A DNA stretch of 41,348 bases, from IMG/VR virus record IMGVR_UViG_2622736425_000001. One strand, written 5' to 3'. The notes under the pieces were generated by a model. The model saw only the letters and a program-made list of their open reading frames with translations, had not been told where the DNA came from and did not search any database. This document shows, in pieces, positions 10,533 through 20,626 of this stretch. The stretch is from a virus. Each line of letters begins with the position of its first letter. The first letter of the stretch is position 1. Both the position numbers and the translations under genes were made by a program.

Positions 10533-10724
10533 ATGACCATAAGGAAACTGGTAGGAACTCTAGAAAACAAAGGCCCGTACATTGACCAATCAACAGGCCA
10601 CTGGTTTTACTGGAACGGCACTAGATATGTTGATAGTGGCTATCCTTACGCTGTAAAACTCATTATTGAATTTAAAATCGAAAATGGAATATTATATTAC
10701 TCAATTACTTGGGAGGCACAATGA
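10533..10724 (+). CDS. Small fibre-associated viral protein
   Basis: PYIxxxTGHWFxWNGxxYVDxG motif resembles short repeats in phage fibres. RBS GAGGT upstream. Confidence 0.5.
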   Translation: MTIRKLVGTLENKGPYIDQSTGHWFYWNGTRYVDSGYPYAVKLIIEFKIENGILYYSITWEAQ

Positions 10725-10870
10725 AATACATAAAATACTTTGAAACAATCGAAGAGTACGAATCCTGGATGAAAGTAGAAGAAAATGCTGAAGAGGTATA
10801 TCAAAGTGAAGAGAAGATTCTTGTTGATGGAGTAATCATCAGCCACACATACAAAGAGGAGGAAATTTAA
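10721..10870 (+). CDS. 49-aa acidic viral protein (MKYIKYFETIEEYESW...), absent from the ORF track
   Basis: ATGA overlap with the upstream stop, GGAGG RBS, and its stop abuts the next ATG at 10871. Confidence 0.7.
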   Translation: MKYIKYFETIEEYESWMKVEENAEEVYQSEEKILVDGVIISHTYKEEEI

Positions 10871-11122
10871 ATGATTTACGAATTCCTGGAAGCAAACAGA
10901 AAGGACATTGACATTTTAACTTCATTTCTTGTTACAGCTATTCCAATTGTCATGCTCTATTCAGAAGCATTAGGAATTACTGAAAATACAATTCCTTACT
11001 GCATTCTCATGATAATCTTAGGAATAGCCAGTCATTACGCAAGCAGGATAAGAGGCGAAGGAGATGTTGAAGACGCCAAACAAAAAGCTAAAAGAGTATT
11101 GGGATTCCCTGAAGAAAAATAA
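10871..11122 (+). CDS. Holin-like small membrane protein
   Basis: Two hydrophobic segments and a charged C-terminus, in a viral operon. Confidence 0.5.
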   Translation: MIYEFLEANRKDIDILTSFLVTAIPIVMLYSEALGITENTIPYCILMIILGIASHYASRIRGEGDVEDAKQKAKRVLGFPEEK

Positions 11123-11146
11123 GATTCTTTGGAGGATATTGTTATC

Positions 11147-11416
11147 ATGAACAAAATAAAAAAGAAGATATTCATATGCAACTTTACCAAAACAATTTCA
11201 AGTGCCGTTTTAACAGCTGTAGCCATCAACATCATAATGACCAATGCAACAAAGTATGCTTTAATTGAAGGATTATTGCCGTTTACATTAGCTATTGTTA
11301 TTGTTGGCCTAATCGATTTGTATGAGTATAGATGTGAGCGTGAAGACAAGATTAATTTGGATGAACTGGAAGAGCGAATAGAAAAACTGGAAGGTAATGT
11401 GGATGGAGAAAGGTAA
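11147..11416 (+). CDS. Small two-TM membrane protein with a coiled-coil tail (holin-like)
   Basis: Two TM stretches followed by LDELEERIEKLE. GGAGG upstream of ATG 11147. Confidence 0.45.
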   Translation: MNKIKKKIFICNFTKTISSAVLTAVAINIIMTNATKYALIEGLLPFTLAIVIVGLIDLYEYRCEREDKINLDELEERIEKLEGNVDGER

Positions 11417-11737
11417 GATTCTAATTGCAGTTCCGACATTTGAAAATATAAAACCGCAATGCTTCAAAAGCATCTATGGGCTGACAAATCCTAAGGATTT
11501 TAATCTTTATTTCGATTATGTGAAAGGTTATGATTGTGCACGTGCAAGAAACGAAATAGCAAAACTTGCAATCAAACATGACTTTGACTATGTGCTGATG
11601 GTAGATTCAGATGTTAGTGTTCAAAAGGATGCTCTTGTTAAGCTATTGGAATGTGAAACCGACATTGCTTTAGGATGGTATTTCAAGAAGAGAACAAGAA
11701 CAGATGAGTCTGTTATCTTTGATTTTGGAAAAGACTA
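11403..11737 (+). pseudogene. GT-A (family 2-like) glycosyltransferase, 3'-truncated by IS630
   Basis: ILIAVPT...ARNEIAK...DYVLMVDSD (DxD motif). The frame runs into the IS end at 11738. Confidence 0.75.
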
Positions 11738-13108
11738 TAGTAATCAACGCTGAAAATTATAAAACTATTGCAGGAAGTTTTCCTCCCAGTTTTTCCAAAA
11801 ACTTGAATTATCAACTACTTTTTTAAATTCGGTCTTAAATAGGTATTTTAATTGTGCAATGCTTGAAATGTATTTTCTAGAAATTTTAGCTTTGATTGTT
11901 CTCCATACTTGTTCTATTGGATTGTATTTTGGGGAATATGGAGGTAAATGAATTAAATCCATATTTAAAATTTTGCATAATTCTGTGAAAAATATTGCAT
12001 GGTGGACGCTGTAATTGTCTAAAATAACTGCTATTGGTTTTTCTAGGATTAATTCATGTTTTAGTTCATTATCTGAGAAAAATGCTAATAACATTCCTTT
12101 TTGAAGATTTTCGAGAACTGATTTACTTTTTGTTTTAAAACTGAGCGGATTTTTTTCAAGTCTTTCGTATAATTTTTTAATTGTATTATTTTTTTCAGAC
12201 AAGTTTTTAAATGTTAATAATAATTTATTATAGTTCTTTTCTTTATTTATTGTATTTAATATGTTTTCTAGGAGTAATTCATCATTATTGATTATTTTTT
12301 TTAATTTTGATTTTAATTCTTTGTTTTCGATATTATTGATGGTGATGGTGATCATAAATTTCATCATTTCAAAGGTTTTAGTGTTATCTAAAAATGATAG
12401 AAATGAATTTCCATTAATTGCTTGAATACCAAGTCCATTTATTGAAATTCGTTCTGTTGGTTGTTCTTTGATGTTTTTTGTGCCTTTTTTATGGTATGTT
12501 CTTTGACTATTGTCCTGATTTTGACAATATGTTTGATCCAGAAATACGACAGTGAAATTTTCTAAATCTAGATGTCGAGTGTTTTTTTTAACTGTTCTTC
12601 GGCATCAGCGGGCATTTTGGCATAAATTTTATATGGTTTGGTGTAAGAATATCCTAATTTTTTCATTATCCGTTCTATACTTCTAATACTGTATTTTACT
12701 TCAAATTCTTTTTCAATTTTATCTTTTACTTCTCTTGCAGTTTGCAAATTTTCTTCTTGTATTATTTCATCTAATAATATCAATTGTTCATCAGTTAGTT
12801 TTGATTGACCTTTGGAGCCTTTTTTTCTTTTTAATCCTTCCATTCCACCTTCATTCCATTCCCTTATCCAATTATATACTGTTCCTTGACTGATTCCATG
12901 CTTTTCCACAATATATGGTATTGGTTCATCATGTAAAACGTCTAGAATAACATATAATTTATTTAAAACCCTAGTATCATTTTCTAACTTCTTTATTTCA
13001 GCTTGTATCTCAGAAATAATTCCTAAATACTCCTTAATTAATTTTTGATTAGACATAATAATATTTATTATACCTAATAGTATTTATAATTTTCAGTGTC
13101 TAGAACTA
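11738..13108 (-). mobile_element. IS630-family insertion sequence (1371 bp)
   Basis: Imperfect 27-bp TIRs (11738-11764 and 13082-13108, 21/27 identical, CTGAAAATTATAAA core). TA flanks at 11736-37 and 13109-10. Confidence 0.9.
11765..13056 (-). CDS. IS630 transposase expressed via a -1 frameshift
   Basis: HTH orfA (12568-13056) has an A8 run at 12582-12589. The -1 frame reads KKNTRHLDLENFTVVFLDQ... into 11765-12367, giving the DDE motifs VFLDQ / VILDN / YNPIEQVW. Confidence 0.88.
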
Positions 13109-13550
13109 TAATGGGAAATATGATGAGGCAATTAAATTACAAAAAGAGTTAATTAATTTTCAAAGATTGTTTAAAACAACATATGTATCTAATTTTGGTG
13201 AAATCAACCATATATTGAATTACTGTTATGAAGAATTAGAATGGGGAGAGTTAATCAAATTATCAAATGAGTTATTGGATATTGAAAAAAATCATCAAAA
13301 TAATCGGAGAAGTGATAATATACAATATTCAGTAATATTAATTGCAATAGTTACTCTTTGTTCCCAATTATTGATTTATTATTCCAATTTTAAAGATGTA
13401 ATACTTTTCATTGGAGGAATTGCTTTTTTATTTTTCTTAAGCTTAATTTTCAAAGAAAAAATTTATTATGTCTGGCAAATATTAAAGTTAGTGCCTAAAT
13501 TTATTTACAATTTAATAGTTTTATTATTAAAAAGAATAAAAGATTTATAA
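13107..13550 (+). pseudogene. 3' remnant of a two-TM membrane protein, 5'-truncated at the IS end
   Basis: Frame is open from the IS boundary (YNGKYDEAIKLQKEL...) with no own promoter or RBS. It has a helical region followed by two TM segments. Confidence 0.55.
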
Positions 13551-13551
13551 T

Positions 13552-14565
13552 TCATTTGGATTGACAAATCTTTAATTGATAATTCTCATTATCTTCATTT
13601 TTAATCTCATCTAATGATTGTATGGCTATTCTATTTTCAACATACCATTTTGAATGTTTGACTTTAATTTGATTTATTCTAGATAATTCATCAATTAGTA
13701 ATCTAAATGTATTATAAACTTCTAATACAATTTTATTTTGCTTTTGAAGATATTTTATATCAAATTCATTATCTCTAATGTTATGTGAAGGTTTAGATCT
13801 TTCACTTCTTACTTTATTAATAATCTTTATTGTTTTTTTGATGGTGGCTGGAGATACTCCAATTTCACCCAACCATTCTTTAAATAAAGTTATGGTTCCT
13901 TTATCTTTCTTTTTTGTACCGTCTTTATTAGTAAATTCAATTAAATCTAATTTCCCTTCAAAGAATTTTTTGTTGATGTTATCTGAAAGCATTATGTCAA
14001 ATATTTTAATAAAATTATCATATTCTTTTTTAGTAGATAATACTAATATATTAAATTCAATTGGGGGTTTTTTCTTATAATTGGATTTAAATAATTTAAT
14101 TTCATTATCTGAACATAAATTGTTAAGTTGTTCTATTTGATATAATATTGCACTAAAAACAGAGGGATCGGGCCATTCTCCATCATTCATAGATTTTATG
14201 TATGATGGATCAACATAACTTTTCTTTTTAACTTCATAAACACTGAATCTTTTTTGCATTTCAGGGTGTAATTCAGACAGTTCTTTTAAAAGTACTGCAA
14301 AAATTCTTTCATTGTTTTCATCAAATCCAAGACCCACATTATCCAAAATAAATTTAAATTTCTCATCAAGTGTTTCATCATTATCATATTTTTCTGTGAT
14401 GCTTATATTATATTTAAAAGAATTATTGCTGATAACATACCTTGGGTTATCAATAATATTTCTTAATAAATCTACTTCAAAATAAACAAGCTCATATGGA
14501 CATTCTCCATTTGTTAATTTTTGAGTATAATGCCCTTCAATCATATTTTTTCTCCTTGGTTCCAT
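13552..14565 (-). CDS. Hypothetical protein with a C-terminal HEPN-like RxxxxH motif (putative RNase/Abi)
   Basis: VRSERSKPSH near the C-terminus (13783-13800). Probable start is ATG 14544. Confidence 0.5.
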   Translation of the reverse strand: MEPRRKNMIEGHYTQKLTNGECPYELVYFEVDLLRNIIDNPRYVISNNSFKYNISITEKYDNDETLDEKFKFILDNVGLGFDENNERIFAVLLKELSELHPEMQKRFSVYEVKKKSYVDPSYIKSMNDGEWPDPSVFSAILYQIEQLNNLCSDNEIKLFKSNYKKKPPIEFNILVLSTKKEYDNFIKIFDIMLSDNINKKFFEGKLDLIEFTNKDGTKKKDKGTITLFKEWLGEIGVSPATIKKTIKIINKVRSERSKPSHNIRDNEFDIKYLQKQNKIVLEVYNTFRLLIDELSRINQIKVKHSKWYVENRIAIQSLDEIKNEDNENYQLKICQSK

Positions 14566-14571
14566 AATATA

Positions 14572-15150
14572 TCAGTTATTAAGTTTTTTTAAGTAATCAT
14601 TTGTATTTTTTAGTTCATCTTTAATTTTAGTTAAAGACATTTCTATGGAATCGGATTCTGATGTTAAATAAGAAACACTTTTGATATAGCTCAAATCACT
14701 GATATATTCTCTTGTTATTTTAGTATTATAGATATTTGTAAATGTTATAATGAATTTATATTTAACTGGATTATCTTCATTTTTTAAGTAATTAAATCCC
14801 ATATCAAAGAAAGCTTTAATTTGATAATTTGGAGGTAAGAATGAAATTTCCTTTAAATGTTCATAATCTTTATTATGTGAATCTTTTAATTCAGGTTCAA
14901 CTTCAATAGATATATCTTTAGCAACTGTATTTCCTATATTTTCAACAATTAAATACATTCTATTATTTTCTACTTTAAAATACATTATTACCTCAGCAGA
15001 ATTAGCCTCAACACGTGTTTTTTTCATTTCTTCAACAGATTCATTTGTTGAACGTGCCATTTTATATGTTGCGAATGCCATGAATCCCGTAACGATTGTT
15101 AGAATTATATCTAAAATAATTGAAATAAAATTTAAATCCATATTTTTCAC
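14572..15150 (-). CDS. N-terminally membrane-anchored hypothetical protein
   Basis: One TM helix, then a beta-rich region (YLIVENIGNTVAKDISI). Confidence 0.6.
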   Translation of the reverse strand: MKNMDLNFISIILDIILTIVTGFMAFATYKMARSTNESVEEMKKTRVEANSAEVIMYFKVENNRMYLIVENIGNTVAKDISIEVEPELKDSHNKDYEHLKEISFLPPNYQIKAFFDMGFNYLKNEDNPVKYKFIITFTNIYNTKITREYISDLSYIKSVSYLTSESDSIEMSLTKIKDELKNTNDYLKKLNN

Positions 15151-15178
15151 ATTAACTATTTTTCAACCTATAATTTCC

Positions 15179-15343
15179 TTATTTAATTATTTTTAATTCT
15201 AATGTTTCTTTTTCAGTATCTAGAATCCATTCTAATATGTCCCCGGATTTAATATTCAAAGCTTTAACATATGTTTTAGGGATTGTTGTTATGAGTGAAA
15301 TCTCACCTTGGTTTCTAACTTTTGTTTCTTCATTAATTTTCAT
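15179..15343 (-). CDS. AbrB/SpoVT-family DNA-binding protein (54 aa), absent from the ORF track
   Basis: Translated by hand as MKINEETKVRNQGEISLITTIPKTYVKALNIKSGDILEWILDTEKETLELKIIK, which fits the TIPK...LNI..GD.LEW AbrB pattern. Confidence 0.75.
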   Translation of the reverse strand: MKINEETKVRNQGEISLITTIPKTYVKALNIKSGDILEWILDTEKETLELKIIK

Positions 15344-15470
15344 ATTTATTTATATATTTTTTATATTAAATAACACTTTTGATTTATTTTAATAGTTAAA
15401 AAAGTAACACTTAAATATCATTGGGTAGATATTATATACTAGATAATACAGAAATATAATTTGCATAAAA

Positions 15471-16481
15471 GTGGTAATTATGATAAAAGTTATAGAATTA
15501 TGTGCCGGTGCAGGCGGGTTAGCACTTGGATTTGAAAAAGCAGGTTTAGAACATGAGGTGCTTGTTGAAATTGATAAAGATTGTGTGGCAACACTTAATA
15601 AAAATAGACCTGATTGGAATGTACTTCATGCAGATATAAAAGAAGTTGATTTCACACAGTACCATCCAGATATAGTTGTAGCAGGACTGCCTTGTCAACC
15701 ATTTTCTTACGCTGGTAAAAAATTAGGATTTGATGATACAAGAGGAACATTATTCTTTGATTATGCAAGATGCATTAAAGAAACTAATCCAAAAATGTGC
15801 ATAATAGAAAATGTAGAAGGTTTAGTAAGGCATGATAAAGGGCGAACAATGGAAACAATAGTGAATGTATTGGAAAATGAATTAGGTTATGATGTTCAAT
15901 ATAAAGTCCTAAATGCAGTTGACTATGGTGTAGCACAAAAAAGAAAAAGAATGTTTCTTGTAGGAACTAAAAAAGGAATAATATTCAATTATCCTAAAAA
16001 AGTTAAAGGTAATCCTGTGCTTCGTGATGCCCTTAAAGATGTTCCGGAATCAGAAGGAACTGAATACTCTGATAAGAAAAAAGAAGTACTTGAGTTAGTT
16101 CCACCTGGAGGATGTTGGGTTGATCTTCCAGAAGATGTTCAAAAAGAATATATGGGTAAAAGCTTCTATTCTGGTGGTGGAAAACGAGGTATGGCAAGAA
16201 GAATCTCATGGGATGAACCATGTTTAACATTAACCACTTCACCATGTCAAAAACAAACAGAAAGATGCCATCCAGAAGAAGTAAGACCATTCACAGTAAG
16301 AGAGTATGCAAGAATACAATCATTCCCCGATGACTGGGAATTTGAAGGCGGAATAACTTCTAAATACAAACAAATTGGAAATGCAGTACCAGTTAAAGTT
16401 GCTGAAGCAGTAGGAAAAGAAGTTATCAAAGCATTAAATGGCGAAAATAAAAGAAAAGAAGGTCAAACAACTTTATTTTAG
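15471..16481 (+). CDS. C5-cytosine DNA methyltransferase (M.Eco47II/M.Sau96I-like)
   Basis: Motifs ELCAGAGG (I), PCQPFS (IV), ENV (VI), QKRKR (VIII) and KYKQIGNAVP (X). Confidence 0.93.
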   Translation: MVIMIKVIELCAGAGGLALGFEKAGLEHEVLVEIDKDCVATLNKNRPDWNVLHADIKEVDFTQYHPDIVVAGLPCQPFSYAGKKLGFDDTRGTLFFDYARCIKETNPKMCIIENVEGLVRHDKGRTMETIVNVLENELGYDVQYKVLNAVDYGVAQKRKRMFLVGTKKGIIFNYPKKVKGNPVLRDALKDVPESEGTEYSDKKKEVLELVPPGGCWVDLPEDVQKEYMGKSFYSGGGKRGMARRISWDEPCLTLTTSPCQKQTERCHPEEVRPFTVREYARIQSFPDDWEFEGGITSKYKQIGNAVPVKVAEAVGKEVIKALNGENKRKEGQTTLF

Positions 16482-17215
16482 TCTTTAAATATTAGTTGTT
16501 TGTACTTTTCAAATACTACTTGGTCTTTTGGAGTTAAAATATGTTTACTCTTTTTAATATCATTTATTGCATTTGGAAGTGCATCAAATAATTGTTCAAA
16601 AGCAGTTTCATCTCCAGTGACTAATGTATAAACATCTTTTCCAGCAATATTTCTAATATTATCATTTATTTCATGTACAACATTTTCTTTATTGTCTCTA
16701 TACACCCAAGTTTTATCAAATGATTCATAATTTTGTGAAACTATATACGCCCAATATATTTTAGCATTTGGATATTTTTCAGCTAATTCTTCACATTTGA
16801 ATCGAGTATCTCTTAAAGAACTTGAATTCATTGTATTGTATTTATTTTTTAATTCAATCCATATTGTATCATCTTCTTTTTTCAAGTCCATTCCGGATGG
16901 ATGACCTCTTCCAAGATTTACCCAACCATCAACACGACCTAAAAGATTCTGGTGGAAATCACCAACACGATTACTTGCAGTTTTATCATGTTGTCTTGGA
17001 ATTTCAAAATTAATCCATTCACTTAAGCTGAATCTATTTGAATAAATATCAAATAATGTTTTAAATTGGTCAATAGTTTCTCTACTATTGCTTAAAACTT
17101 CCCAAGGTGTTTTTGATAAATCTTCATCCGTTGCATAGGCATCTACAACTTTTTTTACTTCTTCTAGAAATATTTCATCTGAAACAAAAGTTACATATTT
17201 ATTCATAATTTGCAC
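16478..17215 (-). CDS. Eco47II-family type II restriction endonuclease
   Basis: GDFHQ...GMDL...ELKNKYNTMNSSS motif. Convergent with, and overlapping, the MTase. Confidence 0.8.
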   Translation of the reverse strand: MQIMNKYVTFVSDEIFLEEVKKVVDAYATDEDLSKTPWEVLSNSRETIDQFKTLFDIYSNRFSLSEWINFEIPRQHDKTASNRVGDFHQNLLGRVDGWVNLGRGHPSGMDLKKEDDTIWIELKNKYNTMNSSSLRDTRFKCEELAEKYPNAKIYWAYIVSQNYESFDKTWVYRDNKENVVHEINDNIRNIAGKDVYTLVTGDETAFEQLFDALPNAINDIKKSKHILTPKDQVVFEKYKQLIFKD

Positions 17216-17428
17216 CCAAAGTAATTATTACATCATGTTATGTTTATTTTGTTTTAAAGCATTTTCGTTATTGTACGATAAGTACCCAAATATTGATGTA
17301 ATCCAAATCGTGTTTTGGAAATGGTTAAATTCTAACTTCCACTAAATTTTAAAAAAAGTAGCTATTATATATAAATCTTTATATATTATAAGTAATAAAT
17401 TATATAATAAATTAAGTGGAGGACATTT

Positions 17429-17923
17429 ATGGCAGATTCTATAATTTTACTTGAAGAGAGAAAAGAAGTCACAACCTTCCTTCTGGATGAAGGTACAATC
17501 ACCGCAACTACAGTTACAACTCCTACAGGTGAAACTCCAGGTTACGAATACGCAGGAACAAAAATAAAAGTCGATGATGTAGTTACATTATCAGTCAATT
17601 CAGACATCGGAAAACCAACAGTCAAGAAATTCACTGGTGCGGAAGGAGAAATCATCTTAGGCATTGCAGTAAACGATCCGGTTACAATGACCGGAGGTAA
17701 AAGAAAAACAGCTATTCTCGTATTGGGTCATTTATTCAGATTAAAATTAGCATCTGGAATTTCAAACATTGCTGTTAATAACAGAATAGCTTTAACCAGT
17801 ACAGGTGCTATCAAATCAGATGAGGGAGAATATATTGCAATGCATCCTGTAACTAGCTCAGATGATTACAAATACATCGAAGTGTTCAGACCATATGACA
17901 TCGGAACTACAGGTTCAACTTAA
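17429..17923 (+). CDS. Capsid cement/decoration protein
   Basis: 164-aa beta-rich protein directly upstream of the MCP genes. GGAGG RBS. Confidence 0.65.
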   Translation: MADSIILLEERKEVTTFLLDEGTITATTVTTPTGETPGYEYAGTKIKVDDVVTLSVNSDIGKPTVKKFTGAEGEIILGIAVNDPVTMTGGKRKTAILVLGHLFRLKLASGISNIAVNNRIALTSTGAIKSDEGEYIAMHPVTSSDDYKYIEVFRPYDIGTTGST

Positions 17924-17934
17924 GGTGATAATTA

Positions 17935-18873
17935 ATGATTACAAAAGGAAATGATACAAAAGTTCAAAATGAGGTAATAGCTCAAACCATTACTGATGAA
18001 ACTGCAAAAAGATTGAAGTTAGCTAGATTGTTTCCTAAACAAGAAATCAAAGAGAACTCAGATTACTACACATACTTCAGACAGAACATCAATCTCGATG
18101 AAGCTATCAAAAAAGGTTTGCTTGGAGAAGCAAAAGACATTGCTCCCGGTGCATCATTGCAAGAATTGAACATCAGAAAACCTGTAACCGACACAATCAG
18201 TATTGATACTGTTGGTGGAGTCTTGAATGTCAATAAGGATGTTTTCGACTCAGATATCGTTTCATTTGAGGATTTATTAGGCGATGTGGCTACCGTTATT
18301 GCTAACCGTATTGAATACAACATTTACGATACATTAATAAGCTCACCGAACGTTCCACAATATAACACAACTCAAACAGATGATACAATGGATGCTTTCG
18401 GTAACTTTGTCATCAAAGCACAGGAAGCATTCAAAGGCAATGCTGGAGCTGGAGCAGATTTAACAATAATGGCAGAGTCTTACAAAACATTATCATACGT
18501 TAAACAGTTGGCTTACTCCTCAAACAAATTGGTTCAGCCTGTAGAAGACATTAAGGAATACTATGGTATTGATAACATTGATCTTTTAGGAACTACACAG
18601 GCTGACGGCGGATCTCTAATAGGTGAAAAACAGTACATTGGTTTCGATTTAAGAAATGCACCATTAACTGTATTGTATTCCAAATCTTCAGGAACTACAG
18701 TTGCACCTATTACAAGTGATGAGAACATTGCAGATTTCTATCCCATCATTGAAATCATGCGTAAAGACATTTACGATGAGTTACCTCAATATACAAAATT
18801 ATTCATACAAAGTAAAGTCGGAATATTGCTGAATAAACCAGGACTTGCCCTGAAAGGTACTTGCAGGCCATAA
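17935..18873 (+). CDS. Major capsid protein 1 (HK97-fold, inferred)
   Basis: About 310 aa with a pattern typical of HK97 MCPs (LxRLFP...YxY...AKDIAPGA.L.E...GG...DVA..IA..IE), downstream of the decoration gene. Confidence 0.72.
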   Translation: MITKGNDTKVQNEVIAQTITDETAKRLKLARLFPKQEIKENSDYYTYFRQNINLDEAIKKGLLGEAKDIAPGASLQELNIRKPVTDTISIDTVGGVLNVNKDVFDSDIVSFEDLLGDVATVIANRIEYNIYDTLISSPNVPQYNTTQTDDTMDAFGNFVIKAQEAFKGNAGAGADLTIMAESYKTLSYVKQLAYSSNKLVQPVEDIKEYYGIDNIDLLGTTQADGGSLIGEKQYIGFDLRNAPLTVLYSKSSGTTVAPITSDENIADFYPIIEIMRKDIYDELPQYTKLFIQSKVGILLNKPGLALKGTCRP

Positions 18874-18885
18874 GGAGGATTGTTA

Positions 18886-19812
18886 ATGTTAACCAAAGGA
18901 AATGATGCAAAAGTACAAAATGAAGTGATGGCACAGATTGTGGCCGATACTTCTGCAAAGTGGATGAAATTCACAAGATTATTGCCAAAGCAGGAAATTG
19001 AAGAGAACTCACAGTATTACACTTACATGTCTCAAAGAGTCAATATTGAGGAAGCTATTCAGTCAGGCGTTCTTGGTGAAGCCAAAGACATTGCTCCTGG
19101 CGCTACTTTACAGGAACTGAACGTCAGAAAACCAATCAGTGAAACTATCAGTATCGACACTATCGGTGGAGTTTTAAACGTTTCCGCTCAAATGCTTGAT
19201 TCCAATTTAATCTCCGTTAATGACATGCTGCAGGATGTGGGAATCCTTATAGGCAGAAGCATTGAAAAGGCAGCCATTGACATGATTATGAATTCATCTA
19301 AAGTAGCTACCTACAACTTCGAAAGTGGCGATGACACTGGTATGACCATCCTCAAAGCTCAGGAGAAATTCAAGGAATCAGCAGGTAGCTATGCCAACTT
19401 AAACAGCATGGCCGTAAGCTACAAATCTTTGACAACCCTGAAATCAGACATATTCTCAAGCAACAGACAGGTCGAACCGGTAGAACTTATCAAAAGCTAT
19501 TACGGTGTTGACAACATCGATATCTTAGGAACAGCAGTATGCGATGGCGGTTCCGAGATGGGTGACAAGACCTATATCGGTATGGACTACATCAACCCAG
19601 GAATGAAATTATTATACTCCAGAACTACCGGAACTACCGTTGCTCCGTTAGGACCTGACGGTGAGATGTATGATTTCTATCCATTGATTGAATTCATGAG
19701 AAAGGACATCAGGGATGAGCTGCCGATGTACACCAAACTCTTCATCCTGTCAAGCGTTGGAGTATTAATGAATGCACCTAACAGAATCATCAAAGGTAAT
19801 TTCAGAGCATAG
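18886..19812 (+). CDS. Major capsid protein 2, a full-length paralogue of MCP1
   Basis: Colinear with MCP1 from end to end (TKGNDxKVQNEV, LGEAKDIAPGA, YYGxDNID, GTTVAP, DFYP, MRKDIxDELPxYTKLFI). Own GGAGG RBS. Confidence 0.72.
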   Translation: MLTKGNDAKVQNEVMAQIVADTSAKWMKFTRLLPKQEIEENSQYYTYMSQRVNIEEAIQSGVLGEAKDIAPGATLQELNVRKPISETISIDTIGGVLNVSAQMLDSNLISVNDMLQDVGILIGRSIEKAAIDMIMNSSKVATYNFESGDDTGMTILKAQEKFKESAGSYANLNSMAVSYKSLTTLKSDIFSSNRQVEPVELIKSYYGVDNIDILGTAVCDGGSEMGDKTYIGMDYINPGMKLLYSRTTGTTVAPLGPDGEMYDFYPLIEFMRKDIRDELPMYTKLFILSSVGVLMNAPNRIIKGNFRA

Positions 19813-19835
19813 AACCATATTTTATCTCCTAAAAT

Positions 19836-19864
19836 ATTAGTGAAGTTTCAATAGCTTCACTAAT
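19836..19864. terminator. Hairpin after the capsid operon
   Basis: ATTAGTGAAG-9 nt-CTTCACTAAT perfect 10-bp stem. Confidence 0.5.
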
Positions 19865-19922
19865 TTCTTCTGCTCCGTTTTTATATGCAATAATCGCCAT
19901 ATTATATACTGGAGGCTATAAA

Positions 19923-20339
19923 ATGAAACTGATATTAGATACTGAAAATTCACATCCAACAACAATAACAGTCAAGGGAAAAGAAATAACATTGCTGTTG
20001 ATTGAATCCAGTATACTGATTGATTCATCCCAGATAGCCAAGATTTTTGACAAAAAGGAAAAGACAGTAGTTACTAAAGTCCTAAAATCCAAACTGGAGA
20101 AATACGAAACAGAAAACGTTAAGCTACTCAAGAATTACGGGTTGATGCATCCTGATGCAGTCAAGCCAAGACCATTCTATGACTTAAGGCAGATGCTGGA
20201 AGGACCAGCTTATTACTACTTCAAAAAAGAAGATGAAGTTGATATAATCAAAGTAATCATCAGGGTAGCTATCGGCAAACATCGTGAGTGGATTCATAAT
20301 CGGTGCATTGATAAATTTAGGGTTGGGTGTGTCCGATAA
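19923..20339 (+). CDS. Viral hypothetical protein
   Basis: GGAGG RBS and base composition like the viral islands. No family recognised. Confidence 0.7.
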   Translation: MKLILDTENSHPTTITVKGKEITLLLIESSILIDSSQIAKIFDKKEKTVVTKVLKSKLEKYETENVKLLKNYGLMHPDAVKPRPFYDLRQMLEGPAYYYFKKEDEVDIIKVIIRVAIGKHREWIHNRCIDKFRVGCVR

Positions 20340-20626
20340 CTATTTTAATTTTTAAATCTCTCTTTTTTTATTTTATTTTTGAAGAATCATATGTTGGTTC
20401 TTTAAATGAATTATATCGCGAGAGAGTTTCTCAAAGATTTGTTAATTATTTGTCTAGAATTGATTTTCCTTAAATGCATTTTAAGTTTAAATAATTAATT
20501 TCAAATATTCTATATTATTTGTAGCAATAATAAATTATCTATAAATTCTTTTTAGATTCATATTTTATGTTAATTATTTATAATATATGTTTAAGTTCTA
20601 ATTCTGTTCATGAATTTTTTTAAATA

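Noticed and set aside
15471-17215. Avoidance of the presumed GGNCC target in the element
   Set aside because: GGNCC sites are present (e.g. near 40, 9221, 10311, 10572, 19590, 20201), and no count against expectation could be run.
17935-19812. Tandem shell genes as a two-component encapsulin
   Set aside because: Terminase, decoration, protease/scaffold, lysin and integrase in the same element indicate a viral origin, and no encapsulin cargo enzyme is adjacent.
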